Assembly: GCA_902802815.1 (NCBI GenBank)
Contig: CADCNQ010000009.1
Location: forward strand, 1,307 to 65,306
DNA from: an uncultured Bacteroidales bacterium
Lineage (GTDB): Bacteria; Bacteroidota; Bacteroidia; Bacteroidales; Bacteroidaceae
Direction of reading: 5' to 3'
DNA length: 64,000 bases
The notes under the pieces were generated by a model. It saw only the letters and a list, made by a program, of their open reading frames with translations. It did not search any database and was not told the DNA's origin. Within the stretch, counting starts at the first letter, position 1. Each line of letters begins with the position of its first letter. The position numbers and the translations under genes are program-made. Below are positions 9,014 through 17,561 of the stretch, one piece after another.

Positions 9014-10849
9014 TTAGCTATTAAACCACTCCTTAAGTCTGTCACCCCATGTCTTTTGACGAAGAGACGTGGTGTTTGCCTGAATAACACGGAGGATTTT
9101 CAAAGAATCTGTTTCGTCAAATGTATATACATCTCCCGGCATGAATTTACCAACACAGAACGGGAAGAGTCCCACCTGAAAGCCTGTTGCTTTATTGATG
9201 TCATACGTTTCACATATTCTCTTGATTCGGTTCAAAACAGCTTGATATCCCTGCTGAACAAGGAGTTCCCTAATAACATTTTCATCAGCATAATCACCCA
9301 ACGTATCGCTCTTTGTAAGAATAATGTGGATTGCCGTCACTTTTCTCATAAGTTCTTTATTCTTTTCCAACAAAGAAGCGATACAATTCAGTACATTATC
9401 TTGCTTTACCAATTGTGTGCTGCCGTCATCCATTACTACATCTTTCTCATTGGTCGGATCTATCACAAAGAAAATCACCTTGTTATTATCATTTTGAAGG
9501 AGGCCGGCAGCTCCTGGTCCTAAATCATCAAGACTAGTTGCATTCTCAATAAAGGCAAAATCTCGTGTTTTTTCACCTGCCATTTCAATAATAGATATAT
9601 TGTGGCTGTTTCTCTCTTCATCGTCTATTAGACAATCAATGACTTGAATAAAAAAGTCGTCTGTCTTGGGTGGAAGCATACTTGAACGAGCATAGTTCTG
9701 CAATTCAACCGCATATCGGCCACCGCCACCCTCTCCTCTTGGATCAAAATCAAAGCCAAGTCTGCCACTAAGACTCAACAAACCGGCCAAAACGCACGTT
9801 TTACCAGAACCGGGAATGCCGAAGAAATATATGTCCGTATTACCTTCCGCACTATGTGGATTACTGAGATTGGACATAAGATTCTGAAGGTCGGTTCTTT
9901 GCTCATGCTTTAATGTTGGATATCTTAATATATGGTTATATCCCTTATCGGTAAGAATATAGCTTTTACTTACCAAATCATCGTAAGTAAGCGTTTTTGT
10001 ACTAATGTACTCATACATCGTATCTCTGTGATAATTGAAGGGGAAACGCTTAATATCTGTTAATAAATCACCCTTCAACTCCATTACTCTTGCATCTGCA
10101 TCTTCTCTAAAACGGCAAGATGGATGTTTACTTATAAATTCGACATAAACCTGAATCGTGTCCACTTCCTTTGCCTTAAACCAATCCTCTCTGGCGGCAA
10201 TATTTTCTTGAGTCCACGTCAATAACTCAGAAGCCTTGTTAATATAATCTTTCGCTGTCTCTGTCGTATTTCTTGCATATTTCTGAATAAAAGCATTGAT
10301 TTCCGACACACGCTTGTAATCGTCCTCTATCACCTTCAGACGGTTAAAATCCTCTATGATGGTTCCATTTGCAATTGCTTCTATTTTTTTACGAGCTTCA
10401 TCCAGTTCTGGACTTTCAAATGTACCACCCCTACGGGAAATGAAACTCTCAACTCCAAGCCATTTATCTACAAAATCATTGATAGTATTGACATCCGACG
10501 AAAGCGATATATTGGTCCATTCATTCTTAATTTCGTCCAACGCCAACTTTACAAGATTATCTTTTGCGGATTCAAGATAAGTATCAGGGAATAAACCTTG
10601 TTCTATCTTTTGGATATACTCCATTAAACTGTTTATCGAACCTTTGCTGGCTTCCCAAATTTTTTCTTTTGCCTGATCATTAAACCTCTGTTCCAGTTCA
10701 TTTATTTTTTTATAATTAACATCTCTCAAGCCTTCTATCGTAATTCCTGAATTCGGATTAAGACATAAGTCTAATAGTTGTTGCAAAGGCATTGCATTAC
10801 ACCTTTGATAAACAGCATCTATTTGTTTCTGAGTTAACTCTTCTCCCAT
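9014..10849 (-). CDS. P-loop GTPase: a Ras/TRAFAC-like C-terminal G domain with a ~330-aa helical N-terminal region.
   Basis: 611-aa ORF. G1/Walker A is FFGIPGSGKTCVL. A G3-like element is ISIIEMAGEKT. G4 (N/T)KxD is HIILTKSD. No TM segment is present. Confidence 0.7.
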   Translation of the reverse strand: MGEELTQKQIDAVYQRCNAMPLQQLLDLCLNPNSGITIEGLRDVNYKKINELEQRFNDQAKEKIWEASKGSINSLMEYIQKIEQGLFPDTYLESAKDNLVKLALDEIKNEWTNISLSSDVNTINDFVDKWLGVESFISRRGGTFESPELDEARKKIEAIANGTIIEDFNRLKVIEDDYKRVSEINAFIQKYARNTTETAKDYINKASELLTWTQENIAAREDWFKAKEVDTIQVYVEFISKHPSCRFREDADARVMELKGDLLTDIKRFPFNYHRDTMYEYISTKTLTYDDLVSKSYILTDKGYNHILRYPTLKHEQRTDLQNLMSNLSNPHSAEGNTDIYFFGIPGSGKTCVLAGLLSLSGRLGFDFDPRGEGGGGRYAVELQNYARSSMLPPKTDDFFIQVIDCLIDDEERNSHNISIIEMAGEKTRDFAFIENATSLDDLGPGAAGLLQNDNNKVIFFVIDPTNEKDVVMDDGSTQLVKQDNVLNCIASLLEKNKELMRKVTAIHIILTKSDTLGDYADENVIRELLVQQGYQAVLNRIKRICETYDINKATGFQVGLFPFCVGKFMPGDVYTFDETDSLKILRVIQANTTSLRQKTWGDRLKEWFNS

Positions 10850-10895
10850 AATATGCTAATTTTTATGATTTATTCCTTTATTTATATATGTATCT

Positions 10896-11849
10896 TTATT
10901 GTATATTCATACCACCCCACATATTAATATCTGAAGCCGCCCCGACACCGATTTCATTTACCGTAGGGCTTGGGGCGGTGAAAAATTTAACAAGACCTAA
11001 AACGCCTAAAAATAGTATTATAAGTATACCACCAAAAGAAAATCCCGGGAAAGATTTGAATATTTCCGCGATATTGTCATCTACTACATATTGAGACGCA
11101 TTGAACGAAGGTATATCCTTCTCTGAAGCAGTCTTGCTTTTCTCGTAAATATCTTGTAACTCCTTGGCAAATCTCTCTTGAACATTTCCCAAATCAGATG
11201 CATATTGGGAGACAGACATAATATTCCAATTATTGAAATTGTTAGCACACCCTTCGACTAAAGCATCTTTTTCTGATTCTAACGACTGGTAGTCTGCACT
11301 TTTTAGTTTAAACAAGAAACTCTCTACAGCCTGATCAACTGCGGTCTCATTCACATCATCAACACTTTTTAATCCGAGCATCCCAACGAGTTTCTGCCTT
11401 CCTTCTTGATGATTAAGAAGCGCTTTCAGTTGGTATCCGTAGGCATTGGCTCGAGCATCACAATTCTTATTATAACTATCAAACATTTTATTAATTGCAG
11501 TAACATTCACACCAACTTTCTTAACAAGATTATCCTGCCCTAACTGTATTTCACAAAATTTTGCAGAATAAATATAACATGGTATTAATGAAACCAAATA
11601 AAATCCGAGCATCGCATACTTAACCTTTGCCCAGTTGCTCTGATTCCGATTCTGTGACTTTGCAAATGCTGCAAAAAACACAAACACTGTCATTAATACC
11701 ACAAGTAACACCGCTACAATTACACTGGGAATCTTGTTTCCCAACGTCATGAAATTCATTCCGAAGAATACAACAATTCCCAAAAACGTAATAGAGATAA
11801 ATGAAATTACATCTCCAATAGGCAATTTGTCTGATTTTGTCTGTGACAT
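10896..11849 (-). CDS. Polytopic membrane protein of unknown function: three N-terminal TM helices, a ~170-aa helical soluble domain and a C-terminal TM helix.
   Basis: 317-aa ORF. Hydrophobic segments are VISFISITFLGIVVFFGMNF, SVIVAVLLVVLMTVFVFFAAF, AMLGFYLVSLIPCYIY and FSFGGILIILFLGVLGLVKFF. Confidence 0.6.
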   Translation of the reverse strand: MSQTKSDKLPIGDVISFISITFLGIVVFFGMNFMTLGNKIPSVIVAVLLVVLMTVFVFFAAFAKSQNRNQSNWAKVKYAMLGFYLVSLIPCYIYSAKFCEIQLGQDNLVKKVGVNVTAINKMFDSYNKNCDARANAYGYQLKALLNHQEGRQKLVGMLGLKSVDDVNETAVDQAVESFLFKLKSADYQSLESEKDALVEGCANNFNNWNIMSVSQYASDLGNVQERFAKELQDIYEKSKTASEKDIPSFNASQYVVDDNIAEIFKSFPGFSFGGILIILFLGVLGLVKFFTAPSPTVNEIGVGAASDINMWGGMNIQ

Positions 11850-11870
11850 AGTTTTAATATTTAATTGTTA

Positions 11871-14621
11871 TTATTTTACTCTTACCAAATTAAATGTTAA
11901 TGAATTTTCAACACTTACAGCCGTACAAACCAAATTCCCTTTTCTATCAGAAGAACATTCGTATTTATACGGAATAAAATCATCTGCTCCGTTGGTTGCC
12001 GGAGATTTCTGAACAATATATATATTTCCACTCTTAATGAAAGCTTCTAACGGGGCCGTATAACGTACATTATTCTTTACTATAATTAGAGTTCCTTTCT
12101 GTTTCTTAAACTGCATATATAATTCAATGGGGAGATTATCATTGGTTGAGACAAGACTTGTAGTTGATTTCCACAGGCCATCCAAACCATGTTTATTTTT
12201 TATTGCCTTACTATATTTCAACGTATCTGAAGGTGTATCAGAATCAGGACAAATTTTTGTCAAACTGTCAATTTTAGCTTTCAATCTTTTTACCTCTTCT
12301 ATAATCTCATCGCATCTATCAGGTGTTTTCTCGCCCATTGCCAATAATACTGCTCTATGAAGATTTACCATTGGTCCGATATTATCACCCACATTACGTC
12401 CCGACTGTTGAAGTATTGAAGTTATCTGACTGACGGTTAAACTTCTGTCAATACTTTTTAAAAGAGCAATAACACCAGAAACCACAGGTGCTGCCATACT
12501 TGTACCGTTCATGCTCATATAACTGTTGTGAGGAGCTGCACTGTAAATATCTACACCTGGGGCAGACACTGTAGAATAAAATCTATTAAGTTGAGGATAA
12601 ACTCCAAAATTACTAAAATGCGCCTTTGATAAATCTGTGTTTAATGCAGAGACACGAATGGTTTCTATACTACGTTTCTTAGGGTCAATTCCAGAAACGA
12701 CATTATCATTTCCTGCAGCGAATACAATGATGCTATTCTTTTGTTTGGCTTTCTCGAAGATTTTTGACCACATCAGTTCTTCCTGTTTCATAGAACTGCT
12801 AATATAATTAAGTTGCTGAGATTCTGACATAGTTTTCACAATGTCTGGAGTGTACATTCCCAACGAAATGTTTATGACATCTGCCCCTTGGGAAATAGCA
12901 TACATTACGCCTTCCATAATAGCCTGATTACTCATTGTTCCATCAGGATTGTCATTTCCCACTTGTACGGGAAGCAACTTACATTTAGGAGCGACACCTA
13001 ATAAGCCCGTGCCATTATTAGCATTTCCGACCGCAGTTGCTGCGACATGTGTTCCATGAGCATTTTCCCCATTTTTGGTTATAATAGGTTTTAATTTCGC
13101 ATTCTGTGTTAGTACATTGTATGGATGAATTACTTTTCCTTTAAATTCCGGATGAGTTAAATCAAATCCATTATCAACAATAGCAACCACAATATCTGAA
13201 TCTCCTTGTAGAATATTCCATGCATCATAAGCACCAATCTCTTTTAAATACCATGCATGAGACGGGGTTTTCAAATCCGGGTCGTCAAATGAAATTTCTT
13301 CCGAGCTGTAAACTGTTTCGTCAAATACGTCAAAAGAAAAATCGCTTAACTTATCCTTTATTTCTTTCTTCACCTGCTCCCGCATGTCTGACGGAACCTT
13401 TATTTGAAGATTACAGAACTCTTCATTATAGTAAAAAATTTGATACTCTTCTTCGGGATATGCCTTCTTGAAAGCTTTTGCCCATTCCAACATTGTGTTG
13501 TCGTCAGTCTTTTCCAAAAGGATATTGAGACGATCTTTTGCTATTTGGGTCATTCCGTCTGCACTCAGACCCACATCACCATCCTCAATTGGAAGTACAA
13601 CAGGTTCATCTGGCAATGGGTTGAAGAATGGGTTTATCAGACTTATCGGTCCCTGACATCCTTTACATAAAAACAAGATTGCAAATATAAGCGAAAGAAT
13701 CAATAGAATACGCCACAATTTACGCAGAATAAATATCAATCCTTTCCATAAACTACAGAAGAATACTTTCCATGTATATTCGTCATCTTTCTTGGGCCGT
13801 TTGTTTTGATTATTTTTACTCTCTGTTTGGGGTTTATCCGTGAGTTCTTTCTTTTCCTCGTTAATTTCCTGTGATACGTCTACGGTTATCTTTTTTGGGG
13901 AACGTACAAGTTCAGGCTTTGGTATATCTTGAATCTGTATCACTTCTTCTTGCTCATTAGGAACCTCTTGGGGAGGATTATCCTGAACTGGCGCTTCAGA
14001 TATATCAGTTTGAGGTTGTTGGGCAACTACGATCTCTGTATCATTTACAGAAACAAGTTCATCAATATCATCATCTGACTGATTTTGCACTTCAGATTTG
14101 ATTTTTGGCTCAACTATAATATCAGGATTCTTTTGTAGTTTATCCCAATTTGCCACAAATTTGCCACTCCTATAAATACTGCCAGAACCAAGGTCTGGTC
14201 TACGCGGGATAAGTCCCCAATTGACTACAACCACATTACCATTACCACAATATACAGAGCGCTCATCAATATATGAGACAGCCTTGGAGAGCAGTTCGCT
14301 TAAAGGTGCCCCACCCTCTTCTTCTTTTAGGATCTGTATTAATGACTCTATCGAATTGATACGCTCTTTCAGGGCATAAGCATACCTCTCCTTTAACACT
14401 CCATCAAGGTCAATTAACAATTTGGGCCTCTCAGTAAAAGAATCCGTTGCCCATGTTATCTCTGTTTGAGTACGTAATCTGGGATTTGCAAGAAAATCAT
14501 TATACGGAAATTCTTCTCTTGATCTCAATAACCCCTGAATACCCTCATAATAGTCTATCACAATGACAGACTTCACTTTGGGCATGATAAAGTCCTTAAT
14601 TGATGACCGATGTATGTCCAT
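11871..14621 (-). CDS. Bitopic membrane protein. It has an N-terminal module shared with the S1 protease gene, an acidic/Pro-rich linker, a TM region, a subtilisin-like (S8) serine peptidase domain and a C-terminal beta-rich domain.
   Basis: 916-aa ORF. S8 catalytic contexts are VAIVDNGFDLTHPEF (Asp), NAHGTHVAATAVGN (His), FAAGNDN (oxyanion Asn) and NGTSMAAPVVSGVIALL (Ser). The TM region LIFILRKLWRILLILSLIFAILFL is preceded by KRPKKDDEY, consistent with N-in topology. Confidence 0.8.
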   Translation of the reverse strand: MDIHRSSIKDFIMPKVKSVIVIDYYEGIQGLLRSREEFPYNDFLANPRLRTQTEITWATDSFTERPKLLIDLDGVLKERYAYALKERINSIESLIQILKEEEGGAPLSELLSKAVSYIDERSVYCGNGNVVVVNWGLIPRRPDLGSGSIYRSGKFVANWDKLQKNPDIIVEPKIKSEVQNQSDDDIDELVSVNDTEIVVAQQPQTDISEAPVQDNPPQEVPNEQEEVIQIQDIPKPELVRSPKKITVDVSQEINEEKKELTDKPQTESKNNQNKRPKKDDEYTWKVFFCSLWKGLIFILRKLWRILLILSLIFAILFLCKGCQGPISLINPFFNPLPDEPVVLPIEDGDVGLSADGMTQIAKDRLNILLEKTDDNTMLEWAKAFKKAYPEEEYQIFYYNEEFCNLQIKVPSDMREQVKKEIKDKLSDFSFDVFDETVYSSEEISFDDPDLKTPSHAWYLKEIGAYDAWNILQGDSDIVVAIVDNGFDLTHPEFKGKVIHPYNVLTQNAKLKPIITKNGENAHGTHVAATAVGNANNGTGLLGVAPKCKLLPVQVGNDNPDGTMSNQAIMEGVMYAISQGADVINISLGMYTPDIVKTMSESQQLNYISSSMKQEELMWSKIFEKAKQKNSIIVFAAGNDNVVSGIDPKKRSIETIRVSALNTDLSKAHFSNFGVYPQLNRFYSTVSAPGVDIYSAAPHNSYMSMNGTSMAAPVVSGVIALLKSIDRSLTVSQITSILQQSGRNVGDNIGPMVNLHRAVLLAMGEKTPDRCDEIIEEVKRLKAKIDSLTKICPDSDTPSDTLKYSKAIKNKHGLDGLWKSTTSLVSTNDNLPIELYMQFKKQKGTLIIVKNNVRYTAPLEAFIKSGNIYIVQKSPATNGADDFIPYKYECSSDRKGNLVCTAVSVENSLTFNLVRVK

Positions 14622-14622
14622 G

Positions 14623-17547
14623 TTACAAGGTAGCTAATTCCTTATATGATTGCAATAAAACACCAAGTTGTTTATTGGCTTCCACATCATAGTTGGGTAC
14701 ATCATAAGATGCGATAAAGGATATCAGAAGCAAATCTATCCACTTGTTGTAGTTAATAAATGATGGCAGAGATGTGAGCATGGCATTCTCTTCCGTTGGA
14801 CGAATATCATCAAACAAATCCGAAAGTTCTTCATTTGACATGGGAACCTTGTCGGTCATTCCATAATCAAAAGACAGATGAAGATTATTCTTTTCATTTA
14901 TCAACTTTAGGTCTGCTATCTTTTCATCTGAATAGTGGTTATATCCAAAAGTAACAACAAATTCATTTATAATCTCTGCTGTTGTATCTGCTATCATATC
15001 CAATATCTGATGAGGAACAGAAATGGCATCAACAAACGGACTAATGGTTTTTGCAATGAATGCGACCAACTTTGTCGTGTCTGCAACAGCTTTGATGTTC
15101 TCTATAAGATCGAGAACAATAAGAGTGTTGCAGCCCTCTGCTTCATAATATTTCAAGTTTTTCTGTGCCTTAATATCCTCAATCCATTTATTGACGATAC
15201 CTTCTGCTAACTGTTCTGAATTGCTCTTCTGCTTGAAGTTACATTCAAATAACTTCTCAAGAGAGATTCCTTTGACCCCCTCAAAGAATTCCTTACAGTC
15301 AAGAACCGTGGGATAATGATACTCCTGACGTAATATCTCCAAATTTTCTTCGAATGTATTAGTTGAAGATATACGACCATGACAACGAGACAGGATTAAG
15401 TCATATTCTTTCATATCTCTGTCAACAATCATCTTTGTGTTGTTCAAAGAATTATAATAGAAATCAAAAACGTAATCCTCACTAACCTGTAAGTTCTGTA
15501 TCATTCGGCCGAAGAAATAATTGTCCTTACCACAGACCACATCAAACTCTGCCACAATACACCCACTCCGCATAATAGCCTTCTGGAGGATGTTCTCGTC
15601 GTTATCATCATGATAATACTCTTGCATTAACTGATATGTCTGGGCATGAAGTCCTTTAACCTCTGACTGATACTTGTACAAACGACTTTCTTTTGCATTA
15701 GTCGCGACAATCCCAAGATTCTCAATTATGCGCGTGGCACCGTCGTTGTTCATCGTTGCTGCAGCATCCCATGCCAATTCGGGGTCTTCAAAGAATGTAG
15801 TAACATAAGGGCTTGTTATGAAACTTTTTCGTAATTCTTGATGGAACTGTATATCTATTTCCGATGTCTCCACACCTTGAGTGTCAAATCCCTCAAACAG
15901 ACGATTGCCATTGACACCAGACCACTTATAATCTCTCAACAAATAAGTATTGCGGAATCCACCTCTTTCTGTCCAATTACTAAACCAGCTCAAACTATCT
16001 GCTTGCAACACCTGATCATATAAAACTTTTTTATAACGGTCTTCCCACCTCTTTTCTATCTGATCATCGCCTCCGCTTTGTACAGAATGACTCATATCTA
16101 TGTTAAACTTGGTCGCAACCATAAATAATGGAGATACTATACTTTTATCTAAGTAAGTTGTACGTTCCTTAACTGTTGAGCCCATGTTTTGTTTCACCCA
16201 TTGTTCAACCAGCCCAGGCATAACAGTTGGACCATTCTGCATATGGTCGTGGCAAAGCATTAGAACATTTATCAATCGTTCATCACTATATTTATTAAAT
16301 AGGTAACGAACCTTACCACGGAGCATCATTTTATTGTTAAGTTCTATCTTTATTTGTTCTTCCTGCAATTCAAGTGCTGCACGCGCTCCGGGAAAGTCAA
16401 AAATATCAACCGTATTCAAGAACTGTTTGCTTACTTTCTTATTCCAACCTTTGGAGAGAAGACGCTGACGATTACCATCTTCTGTGATACCATCAAGATT
16501 ATATGTCAGTTCTTCATTTATCGTTTCTTCTGGAATCTGGAACACGACTTCAGCAGAAATAGCAGAAAGGACACTCTTGGAGAAACCCTCTACAATCTTC
16601 TTTTCTTCTGTAAGGAGGTCTGTCCCCATATCAGGATCTGTGTTTCCTGTCGTTGGAGAAGCAACATCTAGTTTTTGTAAGCAAAGAGAACTCATTAGTG
16701 TAGTTGTCGTATTCAATAACGCAGAAATGGGAACATATACTCGCTTCGAGAAAGCAAGTGTCTCATATCCTTGAAGCATTCTTACAAAAAGACTTGTTAT
16801 GTCAGAATTATCATACCATAATTTAGACATCAATTGAGGCCATTCGCGTGGTTGAACATAAGGAATAATGCGTGCCAGGACATCAAAGAAACGAGAATCA
16901 AGCAACTCCTTTGCTTTTGTTATACCAACATGACCTTCAACATATTCACGTACGTTCATTATGTCATCTTCGTCAAGAACATTTTGAACTTTTGGAACAC
17001 CTTTATAACGCCTTTCCTGAGCCAACATGAACTCATCAATATCTTCCCTGTCTATAACAGAATGTGACTTGACATCATTGTATGCAGTATCACATAATAT
17101 CTGAAGCATATCAGCTATGGACAAGACCTTAACCATGATTGGATAGTTCTCGTCAGGCACTTCATAACTACAAGTAAATCGCGTTGCCACACCTGTAGCC
17201 TCAGTATCACGGGTAATGGGGTTAAACTGCTCAACAAAATTATAAGACTCGCCGGTCTTAGGATCCTGTACCATAAATTGCTGGCCCTTTCGCGCAAGCA
17301 GAGAACTAATAACATAGCTCTTACCCTTCTGACTCTCCCCGAATGCTGCAATAGCAGGATTACTCTCCAACGAGAAGCGAAATCTTTTTAACTGTCTTCT
17401 TATATTCACCAATTTCTTGAAAGTCTCTTCACGGCGGCTCTCCTGTAAATGGTTGTCACCCCATTTGATGAAATTATTGATAGAATTGATTTGATCTGTT
17501 ACGTTTTTTATCAATTCACCATTTTGGGTCTCTATTATATCGTTCAT
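14623..17547 (-). CDS. Large P-loop NTPase (GTPase-like), SrfC-like.
   Basis: 974-aa ORF. Walker A is AAFGESQKGKSYVISSLL. A switch-I-like Thr sits in ITRDTEATGVATRF. A Walker B/DxxG-like element is VDIFDFPGARA. Its size and its position immediately downstream of an SrfB-like gene mirror the srfB-srfC pairing. The family assignment is from memory and has not been searched. Confidence 0.6.
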   Translation of the reverse strand: MNDIIETQNGELIKNVTDQINSINNFIKWGDNHLQESRREETFKKLVNIRRQLKRFRFSLESNPAIAAFGESQKGKSYVISSLLARKGQQFMVQDPKTGESYNFVEQFNPITRDTEATGVATRFTCSYEVPDENYPIMVKVLSIADMLQILCDTAYNDVKSHSVIDREDIDEFMLAQERRYKGVPKVQNVLDEDDIMNVREYVEGHVGITKAKELLDSRFFDVLARIIPYVQPREWPQLMSKLWYDNSDITSLFVRMLQGYETLAFSKRVYVPISALLNTTTTLMSSLCLQKLDVASPTTGNTDPDMGTDLLTEEKKIVEGFSKSVLSAISAEVVFQIPEETINEELTYNLDGITEDGNRQRLLSKGWNKKVSKQFLNTVDIFDFPGARAALELQEEQIKIELNNKMMLRGKVRYLFNKYSDERLINVLMLCHDHMQNGPTVMPGLVEQWVKQNMGSTVKERTTYLDKSIVSPLFMVATKFNIDMSHSVQSGGDDQIEKRWEDRYKKVLYDQVLQADSLSWFSNWTERGGFRNTYLLRDYKWSGVNGNRLFEGFDTQGVETSEIDIQFHQELRKSFITSPYVTTFFEDPELAWDAAATMNNDGATRIIENLGIVATNAKESRLYKYQSEVKGLHAQTYQLMQEYYHDDNDENILQKAIMRSGCIVAEFDVVCGKDNYFFGRMIQNLQVSEDYVFDFYYNSLNNTKMIVDRDMKEYDLILSRCHGRISSTNTFEENLEILRQEYHYPTVLDCKEFFEGVKGISLEKLFECNFKQKSNSEQLAEGIVNKWIEDIKAQKNLKYYEAEGCNTLIVLDLIENIKAVADTTKLVAFIAKTISPFVDAISVPHQILDMIADTTAEIINEFVVTFGYNHYSDEKIADLKLINEKNNLHLSFDYGMTDKVPMSNEELSDLFDDIRPTEENAMLTSLPSFINYNKWIDLLLISFIASYDVPNYDVEANKQLGVLLQSYKELATL

Positions 17548-17561
17548 AATCCTACTTGTTT

